Below are positions 34,951 to 47,850 of a stretch of 64,000 nucleotides of DNA, one piece after another (position 1 is the first letter of the stretch; every line of letters starts with the position of its first letter). The notes under the pieces are model-generated. The model searched no databases. It was not told the DNA's origin and saw nothing but the letters and a program-made list of their open reading frames with translations. Location of the stretch: positions 3,534,001-3,598,000 of the forward strand of contig NC_058383.1 in NCBI RefSeq assembly GCF_018350175.1. The letters are read 5' to 3'. Origin of the DNA: Felis catus. Its lineage: Eukaryota. A program made the position numbers and the translations under genes.

Positions 34951-37900
34951 ATGAATAGATGCCTGGTGTGGCCCCAGGTAGCACTGGCATCTGATGACTG
35001 TCTGTCTGATGTGACCCCAGCAGGTACCCTGCCTTGTCACCTCCGTACCCTCGCCCTTCCCATTCCTGTCTCTTACTTCGCCCGTGCTTCCCTGGCCCGT
35101 TGTCCCATGTTAAATCTGCCCCATTTTTGAAGGGTACTCTGTTTCCAGGAAAGAGCCTGTGTCCCCCAGCCAGAAGTGACTTCTCGTGGCCCTTGGAACC
35201 TGCCCTCACGTTACACCCTGTATCATGATTATCGTGACCTGTCTCTCTTGTTACACCTATTTCTGCATCCTTGTATCCACCTACCCCTCAGCGCCAAGCC
35301 TGAGGCCCGGTTGACATTCCGGAAATTTCCAACACATTGTGCCATGGCAACAAATAACCACAGACTCCGTGTGGCCGAAACCCCAGGGGCAACTTCTCTC
35401 GTGCACCTTCCCCATCCTTCAAGGCCAGCTCTTTCTCTTCACCTTCCTGTCGTCTTCTTCCAAAGACACAGACTGAGGGGTCAGTCCCCATGCAGGACCT
35501 GCTAGGTCAGGTGGTTGCGGGAAAAGAGGAGGTAACCGGCCAGGGAACCCTCTGGAAGCTTCTGCTGGGAGGTGGCCTACGTCACCCCTACCCACATGTC
35601 ACTACCGCTCCCCTGTCATCGACCAAACTAGAGTCAGAGGCAGAGGGTCCGCAGGGTCCCTGCAAGAGAGAGACTTCCGCGGGCCAGATGGAGGACCCTC
35701 CCATGGGAGGGGACGATGTTTTGGTGGAGGGTGGAGGGTCTGTAGCTCAGGACTGTTAAGTGACCAGGTCATTCTGGTGACCCAGTGGGCCTGGAGCCAG
35801 GTGGCCATGAGCCAGCACTCCCTGCTTCCCAGCAAATTAAGACTGAGCCAGGGACAGCCATTTTGTTCCAGTGGCCGTTTGTTCCCCAGTGACTGATGGC
35901 TGGTGGCCACGTCGGGGGCAGCGAGTCCGCCTAGGGGGTTGAGTAAGCTGCCCGTCCTGCTCTGTGGGGCTTGCCTGCCAGCGTGCAGCCCCCAGCACCC
36001 AACCTGCAGGGCCTCCCTACACAATCAGCCAGAAGCCCAGGAGATTCCAGAAATCTCCAGGCGCATGGTGCCTCTAGAAGCTTGTGCTGTCTCTGGCGGC
36101 TCCGTGGCTGCCAAGGACTGGCTCACAGCTGTGTGGCGGCATCGTCAGCCCCGACACGAGACGTGCGGAGAGAATCTCCACTCTGCGCCTTCACCTTTGT
36201 GAGCCCCTCTTCGGTGCTGTTTGCAGGCGATCCGCTATCAGCAAATGCCAGAGCGCGCTGCACTAAATTGCTTCTAAAAACTGATTTCACGCATGTTCCC
36301 AAAACATTCTATACACCACGGGGGCGAACGGGGGAGAGCCATCAGACAAGGGCTCATCAGAGGCTCCATCCGTTCCCTCCAAACATGCTCCATGCCAAAC
36401 CAGAACTGCCTCTGGGGCCGTACACAAGGGGACCTTCCCCAGTCAGGTCATCCTGCAGGGACGGAGACCCAGAAGCTTCCGGGAGCCAGAAAAGTAGGTC
36501 TCGAAACCGACACGCTCTGCTCTGTGTTTACACACATTTCTCTCTCTTCCCTGCCTGTGTCATCATCAAAAAAATCCTCACTCCCTGCGGCATTTTTACG
36601 GCACAAAAGCTCTGTGCGACAGGACAGCTGGTGGGCACATCGGAGCATCTCCGCTTGGGGACGGCAGTTCGCGTGGCTCAGCTGCCCCGCACGCGACCGG
36701 CGGGTCTTGTCCAGGCACGTGGCCCCTGAATTCCAGGAGCCGCCTCGAGCCCGCAGAAGCACCGGTTTCTGTGGACCTCCGTGTCCGGAGAAGGGTCGTG
36801 GGCCCAGGGTTTGAAAAGGAAACCTTGGGGTTGGAGGTCGGGGGAGACCACGCACAGACGGTTCTAACCGACTACCGGGGTAATGGCCGTGCTCAATTTC
36901 GCCTTTCACGTTTTAATTGTACAACAGTAATTTTGCGATAGAGTTGCCGATGGCAAACATGCAAAAGACATTAACTTTATTTATGTTTTGGATTATTAAT
37001 GTGGCTGTTAAAATTCCTCCAGTTAGTTTTGATTGAATTGTTTTTTTGTGTGATTCTGTTGTTTAATGGAGCGGTAAATAAGAATTTCTGATAATGAGGC
37101 CAAGCATCTGTCACAACAACCTGGTGTGGGTTATTAACATTTCCATTAACGGCAGGGTGGGCAGTGATAATACGGGAACCACACAGTTAGAACAAAATAA
37201 ATAGTCGGTGTCAGGCTGAGTGGGTGTTAATTACTATTTGATTCTACACTGGAGGGGGAGAGGGGAAGGGGTGACTCTCGAAGGTCGTTCTCTCCCGAGA
37301 GCCAGCATGCTGGGCTGTCACCCACAGACAGCGGCTGTTGCGTGGTCTCCGTGCGTGGCCTCCGTGCGTGGCCGGGAACGTGCTTGAGTCGGAAGGCATT
37401 GCTCGTGGGCCCGCGGGCCGAGCCCCCCCAGACGGCTCCCAGGGCTCCAGGGTCCAGCCCAGCACAGCCCTGTTGGGGTGCACACAGGCGGGAGAAGGGA
37501 AGGACTCCCGGGAGGCAGAGAGAAGTGCGTCCCGCACAGATGCCCGGCAAGGAATGCAGAGACGGAGCGGAGACGTGTCCTGTGTGTGCACACGTGCTCT
37601 CGGTGCCATCCCAGCTTCCCCAGGGCCGCCTGCCGGGCCACGGCCACTGTGTCCTCTCCGGGCACAGCGTGGTCCCCAGGGCGGTAGGGCAGGGTCGCAA
37701 TCGAGGACTGGGTCCTCAGAGTTCGAGCCATAAGGGGCCTGGGTAGAGGGCAGGGGACGGGGACCAGCCTAGGCTGGTCCTGTCACCGCTGGAGGACGGC
37801 CCAGACCCGGGAGCCAGGCTCCACGACGCGAGATTCCTGAACTTGGGACGGACACGTGGGTGCCTCATTTTCTCCGCGTTCCGTCCAAAACGCACTGCCT

Positions 37901-38272
37901 CCCTCCACCGTGAACGCGGCAGCATGGTGCGTACGGCCAGCGGGACCCGCAGCTCGCTCAGCAACAGCCCCCACCCACGTCCCGCGCCCACCCACGACGC
38001 ACGCAGATGACCAGATCACGCTTTTGTTTCTGAACACTCTGCCAACCGCGTCTCAATATAATTATTATAATTAATATAATTTTCTTCGTAATCCTCCAGA
38101 TTCCATTTTATGCCAACTGAAAACGTGGTTCCGGGAAGGGCGTGTGTGGCGCTCCCTGGCCTAAAAGCTGCACGGCCCCGGGGCAGGCTCTGAGGCCGCC
38201 CACCCTGGAGCCAGGGGCCCCGCACGCGCCAGCAGCCATCTCAGCCCCTCTCCTGTGCTGCTCTCTCCCCAG

Positions 38273-38388
38273 CCCCGGCCATGGCCCCGCAGAACGTCCA
38301 GGTGACCCCGCTCACGGCCAGCCAGCTGGAGGTCACGTGGGAGCCGCCGCCACCGGAGAGCCAGAACGGGAACATCCAGGGCTACAAG
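38273..38388 (+). CDS. SDK1: SDK1 exon F (116 nt), FN3 start, ends at a GC donor
   Basis: ctctctccccAG|CC...TACAAG|GCaatg; (A)[38 protein letters not shown]; phase 1 to 0. Confidence 0.93.
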
Positions 38389-38774
38389 GCAATGCTCTCT
38401 CGCATGGTTTGGCTCTTCCTTCCAGGTCACTTGGAGGCCCGGAGAGTGGCCTAAATCCACAGAGTTCCCAGCGGCTTCGCTGGAACCCTGGCTGCATGCC
38501 ACGGCTGCTGCCCCCGGCTCACTCCGTCCTGCCCCGGCACGCGCAGCTGACCGTCAGGACGGACAGCCGGGGTCGGTGCCGAGCGGCTGGGGCAGGCTCG
38601 GCCTGACCTTGCCTCTCGGCCTGGGGGTGGCGGCCTGGTTCGCCGTGCAGCTGGCTTGTGCCCGGCAGCCCCTCCCTCCCAGGCCCCGCCCAGCACCCTT
38701 CCTGCTGCTGCACCCGCTCTGGAAGCCTCCAGTATCTTTGCTGACAGCAGAACAGATCTGGCTGAAGAGAATAG

Positions 38775-38912
38775 GTTCTCCAGCCCGACCCTGCCCTTGG
38801 ATCTCTGTTGAATATTTCATGAGGCCCAGGGCAGGGGGCCCAAGAATTTGCATTTCTCGCAAGTTCCCCCGGGGGTGTGGTTCCTAGGCACCCCACATTG
38901 AGAACCACCACA
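38775..38912. mobile_element. MER5A-like hAT remnant
   Basis: gggcccaagaatttgcatttct..aagttcccc..cacattgagaaccac. Confidence 0.7.
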
Positions 38913-39935
38913 CTAAGGTTCCACGTTAGCTCAACATTCCGGAGATGGGGCAAAGGAAAGACAGGAGGCCAGTGAGTATTTACCCAGAGTAGGTTCATCT
39001 GGGGGCGGGAAGCTCCTCGCACACCTGCCTGGAAGGCCACGTTTTCGCAGAGAAGTCAGAAGGATCAGCTAAAAACAGCCTGAAGAAAGCACCCCGGGGC
39101 CGTCCCTTGAAAACTCCCCCTTCCTTCTCCCGAATGACTCTCCCCGACTGGTATGTCGGAGCCCAGGTTGGTCAGTCATCAGCTTCTGTGGGCCAGCCTG
39201 CCCTGATGACTATTGGGCCAATTAAATGTCCATTTAAAAATGATTTTGGTCGGTGTTTTATGAAAATAAATACCTTCCTCCACGGCAGGGCCGTTACAGT
39301 GATTAATGAGGTAATGGGAAGTCTTACGAGCTTGGAGGCAAGATGCTATTTATGTATGTCCAAAATATGTTTTCTAATTTCCTTAATGATAAAGACATTG
39401 AACTTGAGTATTGATCTCAAGTCAGTAAGGCCTGTTCGAGCGTAGGATCAGATTTGCTCAGTTCCGAGAGCAGGACCGGACCGTATCTTGCGGGCGGGAG
39501 TCAGCAGTGCTCGTGGCCGGGAGCCCACGTGGGGGCAGAAAACCTGTCCTAAGCTCTCTGCGGCTCTCTGCCCTGTGGGCCAGTGGCCCTGGTGGCCTGG
39601 CTGGGTTTCACCCCCGGAGCCGAGGTGGGTGTTGTCTTTGGGCGGCCGGGCTCGCGCCGGCTCGGGGCAGTGGTTCTCGGCCGGCTGTCCCAGGAAACGG
39701 CCCTGCCAACCCACCTCCTCCAGCCTCTGTGCTTGGGCCTCAAGCCCGCCCGCGAGCATGTGCGGTCCGGGCGGTGGGGGGCAAAGTGAACCCAGGAGAA
39801 ACACGGGCCGAGGTCCAGTCCTGCCCAGCGCTCACTGGGCACCTCCCCCACCAGTTTAGAAACCAGGGCTGCCACCCCTTCCCCGTGGCCCCGTGGCCCC
39901 GTGGCCCGCCTCCGACCTCTGGCTCTTATCGGCAG

Positions 39936-40122
39936 GTTTACTACTGGGAGGCAGACAGCCAGAACGAAACAGAGAAGATGAAGGTCCTGTTCCTGCCGGA
40001 GACCGTGCTGAAACTGAAGAACCTGACCGGTCACACCCCTTACCGGGTCAGCATCTCGGCCTTCAACGCGGCTGGAGACGGGCCCCGGAGTGACCCCAGG
40101 CAGGGGCGCACCCACCAGGCCG
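39936..40122 (+). CDS. SDK1: SDK1 exon G (187 nt), FN3 end
   Basis: ggcAG|GTT...GCCG|GTagga; [62 protein letters not shown]; phase 0 to 1. Confidence 0.96.
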
Positions 40123-41542
40123 GTAGGAGAGCGGCGTGTTCCGCGGGGGCCCCTTCCCCACGACCGCGGGTGGCCGAGCCAGGCTGGACGAGCGGCCCCT
40201 CCCTGTCCCCACAGCCCTTTGCTGTGCCCAGCCTGTGGCGCACGGCTGTCGTGTGCCCGGGGCTTTCTGGAGAGAAAGGCCCGGGTTGCATTCAGCTGCT
40301 TTCCCCAGTGCCCAGCCCTGGCCTGCTGCGCGGCGGCGCCCGTGAGACGGCACCTGTTTCCCGAGGACCCTCCCGGGTCGCCGAGGGCAGGAGGGCTCCG
40401 CCTCCGCACCCAGGCCTCCTTCCGGTTCCCTCGGGGAGCTTCTTGCTGGGGCTCGGCTCCGGCGTGTCCAGATCCCGGGGGAAGTGAGTTCTTTGTACGC
40501 CGAGCCCAGGCCACGGCGTCGGGCGCTTCCAGGGTCGCCGGGTTTCAGGGCCACACCCGCAACAGCTTGCAGCCGCTTCTCAGACACCCGCCACCAGCCC
40601 GGCGAGAGCACTGCACTGCCACGTGCCTCGCCGCCTGTGGCCCCACATCCACACACACACAGCACGTGGCTCCCTCTGTCATGAGTGCCAGCTCCCCGGC
40701 GGCCTAGAGAACATTAGGAAGTGAGTCAGGATTCCAAGGGAATGTCAGCTTAACCCTGGTCCCGCGGACCTGGGATGCACTTTGTGGGACCCAGGAAGTG
40801 TAAGGCTGGGGAAGTCAGGGAGACCCGTCCCGCTCGGGGCTCCCAGGCATCCTGCGTCCTGCCTGAGAGAGGACTGGCCAGCGTGCCGGGACTCTTTCCT
40901 CTGGGTCTCGTCCAGCGGCCGGACAGGGGCCGTTTCTGGAATCCAGGCTGGGTCACCCGTTCCTTACCAGAGCACTGGGGACTGCTCCGGGCACCAACCC
41001 CCACACGGAGCCCAGGCAGGGGGCGGCGAGCGGGGTCAGCAACCCGGCCACCCGCCTGGCTGTCTGCGGGCAGCTTCCCCCCACCCGGGGGGCTCACTGG
41101 GCCCCCCTGTCCCCAGCCCGAGGGCGGACACTGTGATGTTTAAGAGGAGGGCTGGCTTGGGCCCCAAGGGAGAGGCCAGGAGAGGTGGGCAGAACCACCA
41201 ACGGCCTCAGAGCCCCTGCTGTCCCCAGAGGAACGGGATGGGAGCAGTTGCTAGAAAACGGGGCTGTCTGCATTTCATTCTTTACTCATCTTTCTGCCTT
41301 TGTCACCGCGTCCCTTAGGCTCCTTGTGTTTAAACCCCCATCATCTTGTCTCCTCTTCTCGGGAGAGTCCAGGTGTCTGATTGATCCTGGAAAGTTCAGA
41401 GGTGGTCTCACGACGCTGAGACTTTTACGGAGTTGAAAATAACATCTAGTAGCGCTTTTATTGTACGCGGAGGCACAGACGTGTGTGGAAATGGTCTATA
41501 AAGGAGCTTTACCAACAGTCCCTTCACATCCCATTCTTCCAG

Positions 41543-41680
41543 CTCCGGGGACCCCCAGCTTTTTGGCGTTCTCAGAAATAACCTCTACCACGCTTAACGT
41601 CTCGTGGGGCGAACCGGTGGCAGCCAACGGCGTCCTGCAGGGCTACCGAGTGGTCTACGAGCCCTTAGCGCCCGTGCAAG
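41543..41680 (+). CDS. SDK1: SDK1 exon H (138 nt), FN3 start
   Basis: cttccAG|CT...CAAG|GTaagg; (A)PGTPSFLAFSEITSTTLNVSWGEPVAANGVLQGYRVVYEPLAPVQ; phase 1-1. Confidence 0.96.
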
Positions 41681-43467
41681 GTAAGGCCAGGGGGGCGCAT
41701 GGGGAGGGCCGGCCCCACAGGGCGCGCATGGGGAGGGCACGGCACTCCACAGCGTCTGCAGGGCGGGGAGTCTTGCCTGCCAGAGGCACAGGGAGGAGGG
41801 CGTAAAGCCCAGTACGAGGGGGGGACAGAAGAGGAAACCAGCTTCCGGGCAGGAGGGGGTGCCGGCCGAGCAGCGCCTAGCAAGGGGCTCGGGGCCTGGG
41901 CTCTGGGGGTGTGGGGCGGGGACCGGGGATGCGCGTGTTCGCGGCGGAGCCCGGGGGACCCGCCCGCTGCACGGGAAGGGGGCAGAGACGGGAGCGCACC
42001 CTCGCCCCTTGGTCCCGGAGGTGCTGATCCGCCCCTGCTGCCTTGCCGCCTGTCTCTGGTGCCGTTGTGATTTCTGGCGCGTCTGTCTCCTCCCGCTCGC
42101 CGCTGCCCCGCTGTCAGAGGGCTCCGCGGGCACTTTTTTCTCGCCCACTCTGTGCCCGGCACCGGTGCCACAGGAGGGCGCCCGGCCCAGGGCGGGCTTC
42201 CCCCGGAAACGCGCGCGGCCAGACTAAACGTTGTAGATTATTTAATGCCTAGGAGGAGAAAATATAACCGACCCATCAAATAATATTGGCGCTCCGTTTA
42301 AAGCCGTGATAAAAGTTTCCTTTTAAAATAAGTACATTCAAGTAAAACGGGGGGCTGATTTGAGGAAAATTTAAGCACCAGATTTCATTTCATCGAATCT
42401 AAAATGCCATTATCGACTCTAAGATTCATTGTTATTTTACGAAGTGCTAAGAAAGAAAAAAGGCCGGCCGTAAACCGCAGCCCAGTGTGTTGGCATCATC
42501 AATCCCAAATCAGAGATGTAAACACGTGAGGGGAGAGAGTCTCAGACAAGCGATGGATGCGCTTTGGTACATAACAGTAGAGGTGGTACGGGTGTGCGGT
42601 GTGTGAAATGGCGGAGGGCACGGGCCCGGCCCGAGATGGCGCGGCCACACCCGCTGCGTCCTCTTCAGGGCCCAGTGCCTGCGTGGGGACCAGGTGGCCC
42701 GGGCGTTGCAGATGCCTTTTAACTAGTGCCACACGCAACGGGGAAAGGATGGCCAAAAATCATGGCCCCGAGCCACCTTGGAGCCCCTCCCCATCAAGGT
42801 ATGGGTTTTCCTTGCAAATAAGTGACTTATTCTGCATCGATGGGCTTGTAGAATCTCTCTAGAAACTCCGTGGCATGCACGCCTCGACCTCCAGGCTGGC
42901 TGCCTTCGTCTTATAAAGAAGTACTTGCCATCCAGGCAAGACCGTGGCCGTGGCCTCTGCCCGGTCGGGAGCCACGGTGGGCCCTGCTTCGTGATCCCCC
43001 CGATCTCTGCCTTCCGAATTCCCGGAGTCCTGCCGGCTCGCCACACATCTGTCCCCACGGCCTCCTCCTACCTTCCAGGGAGATGACCCTGCACATCTGG
43101 TTCCCCGGGCCTTGTCGGGGCCATGGTCACGTGGCCTCTGCAGCAGCACGGCTGTGGCTCACCAGACGCCGTCTAGACGCCCGGCACCGAGCAAGGGCAC
43201 ACGCTCTCTCTGAGTCCTCATGCGGAGGCCGGGCCGCCTTTATTCGTATTTCACAAGAAATCAGGCTCTGAGCCCTTAAGACAACCGCCCAGGGCCTGCA
43301 GGTGGAGAATGCGGACCCACGTGGGGTTTGGCCCCAGGTGGGCTGGTTTGAGAGTCCGTGATGGGGAAATGTCTGGAGCACGTGGGCTTTGGGGGGGACA
43401 CGTGCCACAAACGTCACAGCGGGGAGCAGAAGTGGTCATCAGCGTGTCACAGCTGCCCATGGCACTT

Positions 43468-43887
43468 GTCTCCCTCCCTCCCTCCCTCTCTCTCTCTCTC
43501 TGCTTCTCTCTCCCTCTCTGCCTCTTTCTCCCTCCCTCCCTCCCTCTCGCTCCCTCCCTCTCTCCCTTTCTCTCTCCCTCCCTCCCTCTTCCCTCCCTCT
43601 CTTCCTCTCTCCCTCCCTCTGTTGGCTTGTCTCTCCCTCTCCACCTCTCTCTCCCTCCCTCTCTCCCTGTCTCTTTTCCTCCCTCCCTCTCTCTCTCTTC
43701 CTCTCTCCATCCCTCTCTCTGCTTCTCTCTCCCTATCCCTCTCTCTTCCCTACCCCTTCTTCCCCTCTCCCTTCCCCTCCCTCCCTCTCCCCTTCTCCCC
43801 CTTTCCCTCCCTCTCTCCCTCTCACCCTCTCCCCTTGTTCCCCCTCCCTCCCTCCCCTCTCCCTCCCTCCCGTCTCCCTCTCTCTCT
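43468..43887 (+). repeat. Polypyrimidine (CT/CCCT) low-complexity tract
   Basis: About 420 bp almost entirely C/T. Confidence 0.95.
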
Positions 43888-46800
43888 GGTGACAACAGGC
43901 AGACCTTCTTGGTTGCAAGCATCTCGCCTCTTTTCACAAGTAGTAAGACCCTCTGTCACTCCGTTGGCCCTCCTGTCTGTCGGGAGGGCTGGTTCCTCTG
44001 CCTGGATTTTCCTGTCTTTGGCAGTGAGTATATACGCTCTGGAACCGGGCAGGAGAAGGTACTTTCAGTCAGCAGCTCACAGGTCTCTCCAGAAGCTCGG
44101 GGTGCAGTCCCTGGGCGCTTGAGACCCAACCATCCAGACCCCCAAACCTTGGCCCTGAAGGCGGCATGGGCACACCCCCGACCCCCTGATTCCTGCTCGT
44201 CTGTCGTGCGGCTGGTCCGGGCCTGGGGCTGGGGATGGTTGCTTCACAGCTGCCGCTAAGCTGCAGACTCTGCTGGAGTCGGAGGGGCCTCCGCTGGGTC
44301 CTTCCTCTCAGCCGCAGGCCCCCTCCTGAAACCGCCCGTCCTCCCTGCCTGGAACCCAGCAAACAGCCTGTTCCCCGTGAGCAGAACCCACCAGCCCTCT
44401 TCCTGAGTGCTCCTGACCCTGTGGGGTCAGGGGGTGTCCCTGACCACTGGCCAACACCAGTGTTGCTTTTCCGGGTCCCACCATGTGCCTGCCTGGTCTG
44501 ATGGCATCTGCCAGAGCCCCTGGCTTAGCCAGACAGCAGCCGACAGATCCGACCCCTTCTAGCTGGCCTTCTAGCTGGCCACGCTCTGCAGCCACACAGG
44601 CCAAAGGAGGAACGCAGGCCGGTAGAGGGCAGGAGAGACTTTCCTGTGGCCTCTCTCCGCCCCCAGGCCCGTCGGGGGCATTTTGACCTGAGGCTGGAGA
44701 GGGGAGGAGGGGATCTTTCAGGTGAAAGTAAGGCCATGCTGTCACATACGCAAAAGGACCAGACGCTCCGAGTGGCTAAACAGAAGGCAGCTTTGGGAAG
44801 CACACACAGCGCGGCGTCCTGCGCCCGGCTGAGGTCAAAGCGTCCGGCCCTTGCTGTCCTGCCTCCCCGTTCCCAGACCCTTGTCTCCCCGAGAAGTGTA
44901 TTGTCCCCTCCCCTAGGGCATCGGCTGGCCGGTCTGATCAGCGTGCAGGCCTCTCGAGTGGGGGTCTCTCGGAGGAACCCAACCCTTGCCTCCTTCACGT
45001 TGGATCCGGATTTCCACCAGGGAATCGCGGGGGTGGCAACCAGGTCTCCGAACAATTTCCAGTTCTTCAAAATGCCTCACAGAACCGCTGCATTTCCAAG
45101 AGATGTGGTTGCAAGTGTGGTGAAAACATCTGGGGCTGGAATCCTACTAACTCTGCGGTAACGCCAGCCCTCCCGTGAAGGTGGTCACGGACATGGAGGG
45201 CCTGTCTGTGCGGCAAAGACAGGGAGGAAGGCCGTCAAACGGTCGTCTCACCCGCTGGCCATTCTGCTGGCCGTTTTTCCTGCCTCCTGGCCGGCCGGCC
45301 GTTCCTCGAGAGCAGAACACCCACCTGGCACGGGCAGACCCTGCCTGCGATCCCTCCACGGAGAAGACAGGCCCGGCTCCTCCCCCGCCGTCCCCCGCCA
45401 GTGCCCTGGTCGCGGTGGGGAGCACCGAGCCACACGGAGCAGGAGCCGTGTTCTTAGGGAGTGGGTTTTATGGCAGAGTTACTTTTATGTTTTTTAAGAT
45501 GTTTTAAACGGTAGTATTTTATGCGATTGCACCCCGGGGCTTTGTATTGCAGGGCACGGTTTACAAATGGACTAAATAAATAAGATTCTGACATGGTTGA
45601 GATGCAGGGGAGGCCAGACTAGCTGTACGTCCTAGTGGGATAGAATTCACAAAATCCATACATGGGTTTGTTTCTGCTCTGGGGAAAAGGAAGGCATTTT
45701 TTAATAAAACATAAAAAAAAAAAAAAGTGAGGGGGGGTGCTCTCCAGATTAATTTTACATCCAAATGGACCCCATCCGTTTGCTGATGATGGGCAGTGTG
45801 TGTGCAAACTGGCATCCCAAACCCCTTCCTTGAGCCATGCAGGGTGAGGGCCAGGCTCCCTGGGCAGAAACGGCCCTGTTTCTCTACAGAAAAGCTCAAA
45901 TTTGGAGGTCACTCAAACGCAGGCAGGATCACTCTGAAATCATCTGGAAGGGAGTCATTTAGCTGAATCAGTGTTCTATAAAAGGCACGATATGAACACG
46001 GCGAGCCGACTGGAAGGTACTTGGAGAGCTGTAGGCTAAGAGACACTCGCTTTGATGAGTTTGAAGGATGAGCCCATTTCGTAGTAAGGACGCACTTGGC
46101 TGGGCTCTTCTGAGGTCAGGGCCACACGGGGATGGAAGGTGCCGATGGCTTTGGCTGCTCGCACTGAGGGCAGGCCTGGCGTGTTCACAGTGCATGCGGG
46201 CCGTGCTGGGGGCGGACGGCAGGTGCCGGGCGGTGCTCCTGGCGGGCTCTGCTGACCAGTGTCAGAGGGGCCACCTCACCTCTTCCTGCTCCTCCGGGGG
46301 ATGAGCCGTAGACACCAATATGTTGAAAGCTCTCAGAAATCCCGAGTGGAGAGCCTACAAGGCCTTGTTGTAATACGTCATCTTCCAACTTACTTAACCA
46401 GGGAGCCCCATCTCCGTCCTGGAAAATGCTGCGTTCGTATGATTTTCACTGTGCGTCTTCCTCCCGAAAAGTGGAATCTCAGTTCTCCAGCTACACCGAG
46501 TACAACCAACACTTTCTCTCCGTCTGCGTGTTCATGAGCGTAAACGTTGTCTCTCCGTGGTCAGAGTTGTCTGAACCTGGGCAGTGATATTTGCAGCGAC
46601 AGCCTTTCTCCGTCCTTGCTTCGGAGTCCGGGAGAAAGTTCTCACGAGGGGCCGGAGGCCTCTAGGCCACTGGTTAGCCAGCCCAGTCAGGCTGGAGAGC
46701 CCCACTTGGAGGAGCCCAGCTTTTAGCTATGATGAAGGTTCCTGCCTCTTTTTCCCCGTTCTCTCCTCCCAAGTCAGGAGGCTCCAGGTCACCTGCACAG

Positions 46801-47153
46801 GTGACACAGAGCTTGATGCGGCTCGGAGTGCAGCGGGAGGGGAGGGGGGCCCGGGCCGGGGGCAGGAGCACGGGGTCCTCCCCGGTGTGGTGAGGGAGAC
46901 CTGGGCCACCTCCCTGCGCCGCGCCGTGAGGCTGCCTCTTGGGTTTGTCAGCCCCACTTATCAGGCTTAAACTCTAATTACACTGATCTGTGCTGAAAAT
47001 TGGCTATCACCACCACTTAAACTCCTCCTAATTGCAAGAAATAGTTCCTCAGCAAGCTGGGGACGCCGTCCTTGTGGTCGCGGTGGAATAGGCGGCGTCC
47101 GGCCGCGTCTCTAACTCTGGCCACCTCCTGACCTTTGCTCTCGGTGGTTCCAG

Positions 47154-47315
47154 GGGTGAGCAAGGTGGTGACGGTGGACGTGAAGGGGAACTGGCAGCGC
47201 TGGCTGAAGGTCCGGGATCTCACCAAAGGAGTGACCTACTTCTTCCGTGTACAAGCGCGGACCATCGCCTATGGGCCCGAGCTGCAAGCGAACGTCACGG
47301 CCGGGCCCGCCGAGG
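47154..47315 (+). CDS. SDK1: SDK1 exon I (162 nt), FN3 end
   Basis: ctctaac branch-like site, ttccAG|GG...GAGG|GTaagt; (G)[53 protein letters not shown]. Confidence 0.96.
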
Positions 47316-47622
47316 GTAAGTGGAGCTCCGCAGGGGGCCCCGCGGCCGGTGCAGCACAAGAGGCCCACCCTGGGCTCCGTCCGGTCAGAGGGTCCCCCCT
47401 CGCTGCCCGGCAAGCAGCTCTGGCCCACCCAGAGCGGCCATAAACGCAGGAATGTTCTGGCAGCATGGGTGTCTCCCAACACCTGTGTTAGCAGCAATGT
47501 TTACAGACAGGCTTGTTATGTGCAGACCAGCAAACTCTTCGGTGTTAAGCATGTCAAGTTTGGTGCTGTTTTCTGGAAAAATGTGGGAAAAATGAATTTT
47601 TGAAATTAGATACACAAGAAAC

Positions 47623-47850
47623 TTTTGTTTACGTTTTATTAAGTTTATTTTTGAGAGAGAAAGAGAGAGAGAGAGACAGAGAGAACAAGCGGGAGAGGGG
47701 CAGAGAGAGAGAGGGAGACATAGAATCCAAAGCAGGCTCCAGGTTTTGAGCTATCAGCACAGAGCCCGATGTGGGACTCAAACCCACAGACCGAGATCAT
47801 GGCCTGAGCCAAAGTTGGACACTTAACCGACTGAGCCACCCAGGCGCCCC
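47623..47850 (-). mobile_element. CAN-SINE (feliform type) with TSD
   Basis: gtttatttttgagagag...caggctccagg...ctgagccacccaggcgcccc; TSD atac(a/g)caagaaa at 47610 and 47852. Confidence 0.93.

Noticed and set aside
39507..40487. 326-aa ORF as a single-exon gene (likewise ORFs at 3318, 5671 and 60272)
   Set aside because: Only the internal SDK1 exon is protein-like; the flanks are intronic read-through beyond clear splice sites
43251..44259. 228-316-aa ORFs rich in SLP or ERG
   Set aside because: Translations of the CT low-complexity tract
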